Virus record (IMG/VR): IMGVR_UViG_3300045988_161382
Reading direction: 5' to 3' (one strand)
Length of the DNA: 46,756 nt
Source of the DNA: a virus
Shown: in pieces, positions 32,858 through 40,369 of the stretch
Position numbering within the stretch: the stretch's first letter is position 1
How the letters are laid out: every line of letters begins with the position of its first letter
Notes under the pieces: generated by a model
Database searches by the model: none
The model's input: the letters and a program-made list of their open reading frames with translations, nothing else
Told to the model about the DNA's origin: nothing
Position numbers and translations under genes: made by a program

Positions 32858-33308
32858 TTTAGGTGTCAAAGCTGAGTACAAGAAATTTTGGTTTACCGTT
32901 CCTGGGGCAATCGTTGGAAAAGGTCGGCCAAGGTTTACTACTCAAGGGAAATTCGTTAGAGCGTATACACCTAAAAAGACAAGGGATTATGAACAAAAAA
33001 TAGCCATGTGCTATCGAAAGACTACAAGCTATCAAAGTGATAAGGCTTTAAGAGTAAAGATATTTGCTTATAGAGAAATACCAAAATCAACCACTAAAAA
33101 ATTAAGAGGTTGGCTTTTAGATAAGACATTTCTTTGTACAGTCAAACCGGATATCGACAACATTATAAAAGTGGTTTTAGATGCACTCAATAGCGTAGCA
33201 TATTACGACGATATCCAGGTGTGTGAACTGGTTATCATTCGTGAATTTGCTGAAAATGAATGTTTAAAAATATGTCTAGAAGAAATTGGCAAAAGAAGGC
33301 CAAAATAG
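32832..33308 (+). CDS. rusA: RusA Holliday-junction resolvase
   Basis: VPGAIVGKGRPRF...YTPKKTRDYE...KPDIDNIIKVVLDALNSVAYYDDIQVCEL is the RusA signature. Confidence 0.85.
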   Translation: MISTQCSLDLGVKAEYKKFWFTVPGAIVGKGRPRFTTQGKFVRAYTPKKTRDYEQKIAMCYRKTTSYQSDKALRVKIFAYREIPKSTTKKLRGWLLDKTFLCTVKPDIDNIIKVVLDALNSVAYYDDIQVCELVIIREFAENECLKICLEEIGKRRPK

Positions 33309-33320
33309 GAGGATAAAATT

Positions 33321-33815
33321 ATGGGATTGTTTGATTTAGTTAGAGAAGAGGAAGCAAAGAAAAAAGCTGAGGAATCAGCTAAAGAAGATGTAAAAGATAC
33401 AGTTGTCAAAGAAGCGAAAAAGGTTGAAGAAGCACCAAAAGAAGCTGATCAACAACCTGCTCCAGTTGCAAAAGCTGAAAAACAAGCGACTGAGGAGGTA
33501 AAACAAGCAGTAGAACAAGCAACTGAAATTGCAGAAGAATCTAAAAAAGAAGAAAAACCCGCAAGTAAAAAAGTACCTAAGAAAAAAGCAAGTACTGAAA
33601 AAACTTACAAGTATCCATTTGGAGTCTACTCTGAAGGAAGATTGATTGATATTTCTTCTTATGGGTTTGTAGATGGCCAAGATTATACAGAAAAGGAAAT
33701 CACGGACATCATGTTACAACACCGCCATTATGAGTTTGCAGGAACAATGGAATACAGCTATATCGAGGATGACAATGTTCTTGTTGTAACTGGAAAACAA
33801 CATAGAAAAGGCTAG
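33321..33815 (+). CDS. ubiquitin-like (Prok_Ub / PRTRC protein C-like) protein with Lys/Glu-rich N-terminal extension and C-terminal Gly
   Basis: RBS AGGAGGA. The first ~95 aa are low-complexity K/E/A-rich. The last ~70 aa (TYKYPFGVYSEGRLIDISSYGFVDGQDYTEKEITDIMLQHRHYEFAGTMEYSYIEDDNVLVVTGKQHRKG) end with Gly (GGC 33810-33812) directly before TAG. Confidence 0.55.
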   Translation: MGLFDLVREEEAKKKAEESAKEDVKDTVVKEAKKVEEAPKEADQQPAPVAKAEKQATEEVKQAVEQATEIAEESKKEEKPASKKVPKKKASTEKTYKYPFGVYSEGRLIDISSYGFVDGQDYTEKEITDIMLQHRHYEFAGTMEYSYIEDDNVLVVTGKQHRKG

Positions 33816-33824
33816 GTGGTTAAC

Positions 33825-34502
33825 ATGGCCAATAATTACACAAGATATAAATTTTACGTGATTGGAGTTGGTGGGACTGGTTCTCTTTTAGCAAGAGACC
33901 TTCCCAAACTTCTTTTAGGAACATCACATAAAATGATGCTCATAGATGGTGATACAGTTGAATCTAAAAACATTGAACGCCAAGGATACCAAGCTCAAGA
34001 CGTTGGTGATAATAAGGCTTTGGCATTATCGAGAAAAATCAATTCTCTTTATCCAATAGAGTGTGAGTTCGATGATAAATATTGCACTTATGAAAGTTTA
34101 TTTGCTCTTATCCAAGATGATAAGGGATATGTTCCTGTAATTATAGGATGTGTCGATAATGATGCTACAAGAATGATTTTAGAAAAGGTATTTAAAAAGC
34201 TTGATGATGTTATTTATATCGACTCAGCAAATAGTGAATATGAAGGAAATATCTATATCACAACAAAAAAGAATGGTATTCAACAAAGTAATTTGAGAAG
34301 TCAATGTTACAAATTTGATTTAGATAAGCACCCACTTGACGTTTCTTGTCAAGAACAGGCCGCCAAAGGAAATGTTCAGTTTCTAGTAACCAATGCAAAA
34401 ATGGCTGTATCGATATTGGAACATTGTAATGCTTTAATCATGTATCAGTTGAAAGAAGGTGTTCAACTTGTCAACAGATTTGAGACAGTTTTTTACGACT
34501 GA
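33825..34502 (+). CDS. ThiF/E1-like adenylyltransferase
   Basis: YVIGVGGTGSLLARDL (Rossmann GxGGxG), MLIDGDTVESKNIERQ, VIIGCVDNDATRMIL and YIDSANSEYEGNIYI are the canonical ThiF/MoeB/E1 blocks. ATG 33825 lies 5 nt after AGGTGG. Confidence 0.8.
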   Translation: MANNYTRYKFYVIGVGGTGSLLARDLPKLLLGTSHKMMLIDGDTVESKNIERQGYQAQDVGDNKALALSRKINSLYPIECEFDDKYCTYESLFALIQDDKGYVPVIIGCVDNDATRMILEKVFKKLDDVIYIDSANSEYEGNIYITTKKNGIQQSNLRSQCYKFDLDKHPLDVSCQEQAAKGNVQFLVTNAKMAVSILEHCNALIMYQLKEGVQLVNRFETVFYD

Positions 34503-35310
34503 TCATGTTCCAGATAAATTAGAACCTAACACCTATGAAAAGTTTTTCATCAACGCTTTAAGCTATACATCACCAAAAGCTATAGATGATTTAACGATTG
34601 CATTTGAAGAAGATGAGTCTAATGATCTGATACAAAACTTTCAAGAAATTGACTTATTAGATGAACATGTTTTTCCAGATGTTATCGATTATGAATTTGA
34701 AGAAGTTATATTAAGTTCTTTTTTTGACAGAAACGAATTTGCAGTTGATGGTTTTGAAACATTGATTGAAGGATTATACGATGAACAGAATGAAGTGTTC
34801 ATAAATGTAGATTTTATTATTCCACAATTGAAAAGCGTTTTTAAAGACATATATACAGAAGCCAAAGGATGGTGTGAGTACTCGGATGAAACATTATCCG
34901 AACCTAAGGTTGATTATTACAATCTAGGTACCACTGAAATACAGTTCCTGTATATCAAATTCAAAAATAAGGGAAAAGCTAGGAAATTCAGAAAGCTTTA
35001 TAAAAAGAGCTATCAAATAAGAGCAATGCTATATGGCTTTGGATATCGATTTATAAATAGCCAATTCGTTAAAGGAAACGTAAGAAACATTGAAATTGAA
35101 GGATGGGAATATCCTGATTTGAATTTTGGAGTGGCAAATGAAGCTCTAGAAATCATGGCCAATGTTTCAAAAAAAGAAAGACACAATACGGAATTGTTGC
35201 AAATAATAGTCGAAAGAAAAGTAGATGATTGTGATTATAAATTTACTTCAAATGCTTTGATTTCAGCTCTTTCAAACACATTAAAGACAAAAAATGAGGT
35301 GATCATGTAA
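34468..35310 (+). CDS. orphan acidic protein of the Ubl-E1-E2 cassette
   Basis: About 280 aa with no in-frame ATG before residue ~190. Probable TTG 34468, 8 nt after GAAAGAAGG (or GTG 34459). Overlaps the E1 stop by 35 nt and the E2 start by 1 nt. No JAB (HxH..S..D) or other catalytic motif seen. Confidence 0.55.
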   Translation: MSTDLRQFFTTDHVPDKLEPNTYEKFFINALSYTSPKAIDDLTIAFEEDESNDLIQNFQEIDLLDEHVFPDVIDYEFEEVILSSFFDRNEFAVDGFETLIEGLYDEQNEVFINVDFIIPQLKSVFKDIYTEAKGWCEYSDETLSEPKVDYYNLGTTEIQFLYIKFKNKGKARKFRKLYKKSYQIRAMLYGFGYRFINSQFVKGNVRNIEIEGWEYPDLNFGVANEALEIMANVSKKERHNTELLQIIVERKVDDCDYKFTSNALISALSNTLKTKNEVIM

Positions 35311-35927
35311 TGAGAGAAGTAATCATTCGTTTAAACAATAAAAAAGATGATGCTGAATTATGTATCAAGCAGAATGAAAAGATTACATTCAAAATGCTTT
35401 CAAAAGAAGAACTGGTGAAACTTTTTAATGAATTTTTTATCAAAGATCAGCATGAGAAAGCAAACATAAAATTGTTTTCTGAAAACACGATAGGTGCTGG
35501 TATTGATTATACCGTTATAAAGCAACCTGAGCATATGCAATATGTCACCTATAATAATCGCTCATACAAAATCAATTTTCCCAATGCAATTTACATCGTT
35601 CGATATGACAACAAAATCGTAAAAGGCATCCAATGTTATTGCTATAAGAAATACAAAGGCGGAGATACCGAATTGTATGAATATGCAATGCCAAATATGT
35701 TGACAGGAAATGCAATGTGCATGGGTAGTGCCGATAAAAGGATTGTTGATGGTGATATTGAAGCTGCTTTGAATAAAATTATCGCTACACCTTACTCACA
35801 TGGAAATTTTGATGGAATAAAGGGATTTTCAACAACAGTCAGCTATTTTGAATATTTAGAAGAAAATCCATTTCCTTACAAACTTTTAAGAAAATTGAAC
35901 AGGAAATTAAGAGATGTCAAAGTGTGA
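35310..35927 (+). CDS. E2-like protein (Prok-E2_B / PRTRC protein B-like)
   Basis: TELYEYAMPNMLTGNAMCMGSA resembles the HPN-x(3)-G-x(2)-C E2 catalytic core (Cys137, TGC 35718-35720). It is followed by ATPYSHGNFDG, as in Prok-E2_B proteins. RBS GAGGTGA. Confidence 0.6.
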   Translation: MREVIIRLNNKKDDAELCIKQNEKITFKMLSKEELVKLFNEFFIKDQHEKANIKLFSENTIGAGIDYTVIKQPEHMQYVTYNNRSYKINFPNAIYIVRYDNKIVKGIQCYCYKKYKGGDTELYEYAMPNMLTGNAMCMGSADKRIVDGDIEAALNKIIATPYSHGNFDGIKGFSTTVSYFEYLEENPFPYKLLRKLNRKLRDVKV

Positions 35928-36114
35928 TGAATTAAGAAAATTACTTCTCGAATGGGGTGAAGATAATTATTTGCCCCTCAAGAAAAAAATTGCATATCTC
36001 GAGAATGAAAATTATCGTTTGAGAATGCAAAATTTAAGAGTCAAAGAAAGAAATGAAAGACTCGCATTGATTGTAAAGAAAAGAAGAGAGGAAGCAAATT
36101 ATGAAAATAGATAG
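35914..36114 (+). CDS. small coiled-coil hypothetical protein
   Basis: 66-aa ORF that overlaps the E2 gene end by 14 nt. Confidence 0.5.
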   Translation: MSKCDELRKLLLEWGEDNYLPLKKKIAYLENENYRLRMQNLRVKERNERLALIVKKRREEANYENR

Positions 36115-36325
36115 AGGAATTGTTCGATGTGATAGATGTAAAAGAGTTTTCAAAACCAAAGAGGTCAATAATTATAAAATCTCATATCAAGCAGGTGGAT
36201 TGAAAAGTGATGGTGGTATGGGACTTGTAAGAAAGAAAGCAGAAATCTGTTCCGATTGCAATATGGATTTTGAAGACTTCATGCGCAATAAACCAGTAGC
36301 AGGACGTGATACAAATGACAGGTGA
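36101..36325 (+). CDS. zinc-ribbon hypothetical protein
   Basis: 74 aa with CDRCKRVF...CSDCNMDF (CxxC...CxxC). Confidence 0.55.
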   Translation: MKIDRGIVRCDRCKRVFKTKEVNNYKISYQAGGLKSDGGMGLVRKKAEICSDCNMDFEDFMRNKPVAGRDTNDR

Positions 36326-36686
36326 AGAATGGTCAAAACTTTGTAAAGAGCGTGGTGTTGTTGTCCTCGATGCAAATTACAAAGATATGACACAAGATGA
36401 TGCTTTAAAGTATTTTGATTTATTAAAAACTGCAATGGATCATGCTTTTGCTAGAAAATATGATTTGGAAACCGGCCAATATGAAGATTGTGCATTGCCT
36501 GAAGGGTCTACATATTACGAAGATGATATGAACAAGAAAGTTGCCTGTTGTGAATGCGGAAAGAAAATCATGTACGGAGCTTCTTATACATCAAGAATCA
36601 TCTTGAATAGCGGTGGATTTGGCTATGCAGTATGTGAAGATTGTTATTATAAAAATGACATGAAAGATATCGTTAAGAAAGGATGA
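36315..36686 (+). CDS. zinc-ribbon hypothetical protein
   Basis: ATG 36315. Contains CCECGKK...CEDCYYK. Confidence 0.55.
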   Translation: MTGEEWSKLCKERGVVVLDANYKDMTQDDALKYFDLLKTAMDHAFARKYDLETGQYEDCALPEGSTYYEDDMNKKVACCECGKKIMYGASYTSRIILNSGGFGYAVCEDCYYKNDMKDIVKKG

Positions 36687-36692
36687 ACAAAG

Positions 36693-37193
36693 ATGATTAA
36701 AGTAGAAGAAATCGCTGAAAAATACAAAGGCTACGAAGTGGACGAGGAGAAACTAAAAGAGTTTCTCACTCTGCCTAAACCTAAAACAGTATGGGATTTA
36801 AAAGGAAGTGATAAATATTGGTATATTTCAGATTATGGGCAAATTTGTAAAAGTACATGGATTAATTTTGAATGTGAGATTATTAGAAGAGCTATTGGAA
36901 ATTGTTTCTTAACAAAAAAAGAAGGCGAATTTGAAGTTGAAAGACGCAAGGTTGAAACCACTTTGTTGAAATACGGAAAAAAAGGCAAAAGTTCTCAAGA
37001 TGAAGAATATTTTATTCTTTATGATTTTGTTGATAAAAAGGTTGCAATTTATCCGAGTGGAGGAGTTTGCTATCAAGGCACTATTTATTTTACATCCTAT
37101 GCTTTAGCACAAAAAGCTATTAAAGAGGCTGGGAAAGACAACATCAAGAAATATATTTTTGGAGTTGATGTTGAATACGTTAAGAAAGGTTAA
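36693..37193 (+). CDS. hypothetical protein (paralogue of 37247-37714)
   Basis: 166 aa. Shares the DKYW..., TKKEGEF and FTSYALAQKAIKEAGKDNIKKYIFGV blocks with the next gene. Confidence 0.6.
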   Translation: MIKVEEIAEKYKGYEVDEEKLKEFLTLPKPKTVWDLKGSDKYWYISDYGQICKSTWINFECEIIRRAIGNCFLTKKEGEFEVERRKVETTLLKYGKKGKSSQDEEYFILYDFVDKKVAIYPSGGVCYQGTIYFTSYALAQKAIKEAGKDNIKKYIFGVDVEYVKKG

Positions 37194-37246
37194 GGTGTAA
37201 AAAAATCTGTAGATTGCAGAAACAACGGTACTAAGGAGGAACAACA

Positions 37247-37714
37247 ATGAAAACAGTAAAAGAATTAGAAACTATGTTAGAAGAAGTTAGAAAAGATTTA
37301 GAAGAACTTAAAAAGAACAAAAACAGTTTTGAACCAACACCAAAAGGTTGGAAGCCTAAAAATGGAGAAAAATATTGGGTCGCACATTATAATTTAAGCC
37401 CAACAGTCTTTTTTAATGATGAAATTCATTTAAGTAATCCTATTATTAAATATAATCGCATTTTTAAAACAAAAGAAGAATGTCAACTATATTGTGATGT
37501 TCAAAGAGCATTTATGGACGCTTCTAGGGAGTATGTTTTAAATAAATACAACTACGTTCTTCGTTATGCGCACGAAGGTGGGGAAGTATTCATAACACCC
37601 TATACTAATGTTCAACCTACAGAATTATTTTTCGACAGTGAGGAAACAGTTCAAAATCTCATTGATAAATTCGGTGAGGAAAATATCAAACGTTACTATT
37701 TAGGGGTGTATTGA
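37247..37714 (+). CDS. hypothetical protein (paralogue of 36693-37193)
   Basis: 155 aa with RBS AAGGAGGAA. Contains EKYW..., TKEECQL and FDSEETVQNLIDKFGEENIKRYYLGV. Confidence 0.6.
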   Translation: MKTVKELETMLEEVRKDLEELKKNKNSFEPTPKGWKPKNGEKYWVAHYNLSPTVFFNDEIHLSNPIIKYNRIFKTKEECQLYCDVQRAFMDASREYVLNKYNYVLRYAHEGGEVFITPYTNVQPTELFFDSEETVQNLIDKFGEENIKRYYLGVY

Positions 37715-37715
37715 T

Positions 37716-37910
37716 ATGAAAAATTTTGAAGCTTATGAAAGCGAAATAAAAAAATTACAAACTAACATTGCTTTGATGAAAAACAATGAATTAGTGCCAT
37801 GTACAAGAGCTTCATGTGGTGAATGTAAATTCAATAGTAGTGATAGCAATTGTTTAGCAAAATTGTTTGAATGGTTTTACGAAGAATGCCAAAAGCAAAA
37901 AGTGGAGTAA
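37716..37910 (+). CDS. small Cys-containing protein (domain A; paralogue of the N-terminus of 39534-39995)
   Basis: MKNFEAYESEIKK...PCTRASCGECKF...LFEWFYEE. Confidence 0.6.
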   Translation: MKNFEAYESEIKKLQTNIALMKNNELVPCTRASCGECKFNSSDSNCLAKLFEWFYEECQKQKVE

Positions 37911-37979
37911 TTAGTGATTATTATGAATTATTTAAGTTTATTGATTGGTTTATTGAAAAAATAGAAAGGAACGAGAGAA

Positions 37980-38483
37980 ATGAAAAATAAAAAAGATTTT
38001 GAATTAGATTTATTGTTAGCTGTAGATGAATTACTTAACAAACTGAATGTATGTTTTGGTGGAATACCTATTTTACTTGAAATGAAAGAAAGAAAATATT
38101 TTCAAGATGCAAAAGATGATGAAACCATACATGGATTGATTGAAAGATATGAAATCACTAAAAATGAAAATAATATGTTGAACCATACATTCAACCAATC
38201 AATTATCAAACACGGCAAAGAACCCCAATGCCGACAATTAATGGAGGAGTGCGCAGAGTTAATTAAAGCAACAAATAAAATGTTACGTTATGCTGATAGA
38301 CCGGCTGAACCTGAGTATTATGCCAATTTAATTGAAGAAATAGCTGATGTTGAAATCATGCTATATCAATTGAAAGTTATGTTTAACGTTAGTGATGATG
38401 AAGTTTTTAAAGTGAAAATTCAAAAAGCTAAAAGAGAAAAAGAAAGGTTGGAAAATCATGGAAGAAAACAAACAAAAATATGA
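37980..38483 (+). CDS. MazG-like nucleotide pyrophosphohydrolase with N-terminal domain X
   Basis: EECAELIKATNKMLRY and EEIADVEIMLYQL are the MazG EExxE / EExxD helices. The N-terminal 60 aa are paralogous to 40187-40369. Confidence 0.65.
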   Translation: MKNKKDFELDLLLAVDELLNKLNVCFGGIPILLEMKERKYFQDAKDDETIHGLIERYEITKNENNMLNHTFNQSIIKHGKEPQCRQLMEECAELIKATNKMLRYADRPAEPEYYANLIEEIADVEIMLYQLKVMFNVSDDEVFKVKIQKAKREKERLENHGRKQTKI

Positions 38484-38775
38484 ACTAACAAAATTTGAAC
38501 ATGAATTATTAGTGTTTCTTCAAACTGAAGGATATAACTACATCGCAAAAGATAGCAGCGGAGAATTTGCACCGCCAAGATTAGTTGCGTGTGATAAAAA
38601 ACTGCCATACCACAATCTATCAGGAATGTTCACTACATATAAAAGCAATGCATTTCATATGGAAGGACCATTTGGAAAATTATTTAAATTTGTGTGGGGC
38701 GGAAACCAATTTGAAATTCAAGAACTTTTAGAAAACTGTGAGGTAACTGATCATGACAGCACAAGAAATGTTTGA
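38458..38775 (+). CDS. hypothetical protein (domain B; paralogue of the C-terminus of 39534-39995)
   Basis: LTKFEHELLVFLQTEGYNYIAKD...FKFVWGGNQFEIQELLENCEV. Confidence 0.6.
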   Translation: MEENKQKYELTKFEHELLVFLQTEGYNYIAKDSSGEFAPPRLVACDKKLPYHNLSGMFTTYKSNAFHMEGPFGKLFKFVWGGNQFEIQELLENCEVTDHDSTRNV

Positions 38776-38974
38776 AGAGTTAGGATATACTTCATTAACA
38801 AAAAATTATATAAAAGGTGAATTAAAAACAATTGTGTATAAAAACGAAGTAAGCAAAGATTGGATTAAGTTTTATGCAGATAAGCAACAATTTATTGAAA
38901 TGAGCGGTAATGGAATTTTCGTCCATGAACTTAAAGCAATCAACCAACAAGTTAAAGAATTGGGGTGGCTATAA
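38753..38974 (+). CDS. hypothetical protein
   Basis: 73-aa ORF with RBS GAGGT. Confidence 0.55.
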   Translation: MTAQEMFEELGYTSLTKNYIKGELKTIVYKNEVSKDWIKFYADKQQFIEMSGNGIFVHELKAINQQVKELGWL

Positions 38975-39243
38975 TGGATGATGCTTTATTTGAAATTGAC
39001 AATATGTGCCACGCCTTAGGCTTTGATCCTAATGAAATTAGAAAAGGTCAAAAAGTTTATGAGTATTATAGAAATTTTTTTGTTGCTAGTGGAGAGTATA
39101 AAGAAAGCTGGGAGAAGTTAGTCAAGTGGGGAGATGCTGCTAAAGCTTCTAATGCCATCGTAGGAAGTTACTATTATGTAACCCAAAAAGGAATAGATTT
39201 CTTAAGCAGTATTTATAAGATTAAATTGCAACCAAGAAAATAA
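38974..39243 (+). CDS. hypothetical protein
   Basis: ATG 38974 overlaps the previous TAA (TAATG). About 89 aa. Confidence 0.55.
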   Translation: MDDALFEIDNMCHALGFDPNEIRKGQKVYEYYRNFFVASGEYKESWEKLVKWGDAAKASNAIVGSYYYVTQKGIDFLSSIYKIKLQPRK

Positions 39244-39256
39244 GGCGGTGGATAGA

Positions 39257-39397
39257 ATGACGTTAGATGAAGCAATCGAACATTACAAAGAAAAATCAAA
39301 AGGGACTTGCAAATGTGCTAAAGAACATGAGCAATTATTACAATGGCTTATCGATTATAAAGAACTAAAAAAAAGGGAAACACAAAAAAACCATTAA
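39257..39397 (+). CDS. small protein; zero-frame product of a possible -1 frameshift gene (extension to 39531)
   Basis: RBS GGCGGTGGA. 46 aa (MTLDEAIEHYKEKSKGTCKCAKEHEQLLQWLIDYKELKKRETQKNH). The -1 frame, open from 39361 to 39531, encodes a start-less zinc ribbon (CPSCKSLLIEGQKYCHSCGQKL). Confidence 0.45.
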   Translation: MTLDEAIEHYKEKSKGTCKCAKEHEQLLQWLIDYKELKKRETQKNH

Positions 39398-39533
39398 TAG
39401 CATTTGCTGATGGTGTTACTGTTGATGGTTCGATTGTTCGAAGAACAGCATTAGTGTGTCCTTCTTGTAAATCGCTTTTAATAGAAGGACAAAAATATTG
39501 TCATTCGTGCGGACAAAAACTGGAGGGTTGAAG

Positions 39534-39995
39534 ATGAAAAACTTTGAAAAATATGAAAAAGAGATTAAAGAGATAGTGAATCAAAATAAGCTTATTGCGG
39601 TTGTAAATAATAAACCATGTGTTTGTGAAGGTAAGTGTACTGGATGCAAATTTGATAAAAGTAAAGCCGATATGAGAAGTTGCATAGTAAAAGCTTTTGA
39701 ATGGCTCTATGAAGAATACAAAGAACCTATCAAGCTATCTCGTTTAGAATTTGAATTGTTGAAATGTCTTAAAGGTGAAAAACTTGAATATCTAGCAAGG
39801 GATAAATGTAAAGTTTATGTTCATGCATATGGCACTAAACCTCAAAAAGGAAATCTCGGTTGGTTTACGGAGACAAGAGATTGCTGTTGTATGTCTTTAT
39901 TTAGTAATTGTTTTAAATTCATCAAATGGGAAGATGAAGAACCTTACAAAATCCAAGATATTTTAGATAATTGCGAGGTGGTTGATAATGAATAG
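39534..39995 (+). CDS. hypothetical protein, fusion of domains A and B
   Basis: ATG 39534 after GGAGGG. The N-terminus MKNFEKYEKEIKE...PCVCEGKCTGCKF...FEWLYEE is domain A. The C-terminus LSRLEFELLKCLKGEKLEYLARD...FKFIKWEDEEPYKIQDILDNCEV is domain B. Confidence 0.65.
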   Translation: MKNFEKYEKEIKEIVNQNKLIAVVNNKPCVCEGKCTGCKFDKSKADMRSCIVKAFEWLYEEYKEPIKLSRLEFELLKCLKGEKLEYLARDKCKVYVHAYGTKPQKGNLGWFTETRDCCCMSLFSNCFKFIKWEDEEPYKIQDILDNCEVVDNE

Positions 39996-40194
39996 ACCAA
40001 AAGTTGAAGAATTTGAATTTTTAGAAGAATATGCTGAAACATTAGAAATCTATTGTGATCAGTTAGAAAAAGCTCTTGATAAAGCGTGTGAAGAACTTCA
40101 TTCTAATTCAGCTTGGTGTCATTATGGAAAAATGTCTAAAAAATGTGGATTATCTAAAGAAGAATGGAAAAAGGAGTTGATGGAAGATGACTAA
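39988..40194 (+). CDS. hypothetical protein
   Basis: ATG 39988, 6 nt after GAGGTGG. 68 aa. Confidence 0.55.
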   Translation: MNRPKVEEFEFLEEYAETLEIYCDQLEKALDKACEELHSNSAWCHYGKMSKKCGLSKEEWKKELMEDD

Positions 40195-40369
40195 ATTTGA
40201 ATTAGATTTATTAAAAGAATTCTCTGATGATGGATGTGGTGGAGATGACTTTGATGAAATCAGTACATTAGTTGGCATGAGGATGAGAGGCTACTTTCAA
40301 GATGCCGAAGATGATGAAACCATTGATGAATTGATTTGGAGGTATGAAGAATGTATAAACCACCAATAG
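40187..40369 (+). CDS. small protein, stand-alone domain X
   Basis: FELDLLKEF...RGYFQDAEDDETIDELIWRYEE parallels the N-terminus of 37980-38483. Confidence 0.55.
   Translation: MTKFELDLLKEFSDDGCGGDDFDEISTLVGMRMRGYFQDAEDDETIDELIWRYEECINHQ

Noticed and set aside
33375-33680. 101-aa minus-strand ORF opposite the Ubl gene
   Set aside because: It is the antisense shadow of the Lys/Glu-rich (AAG/GAA-rich) region. Its translation is Phe/Leu/Ser low complexity, and it has no RBS.
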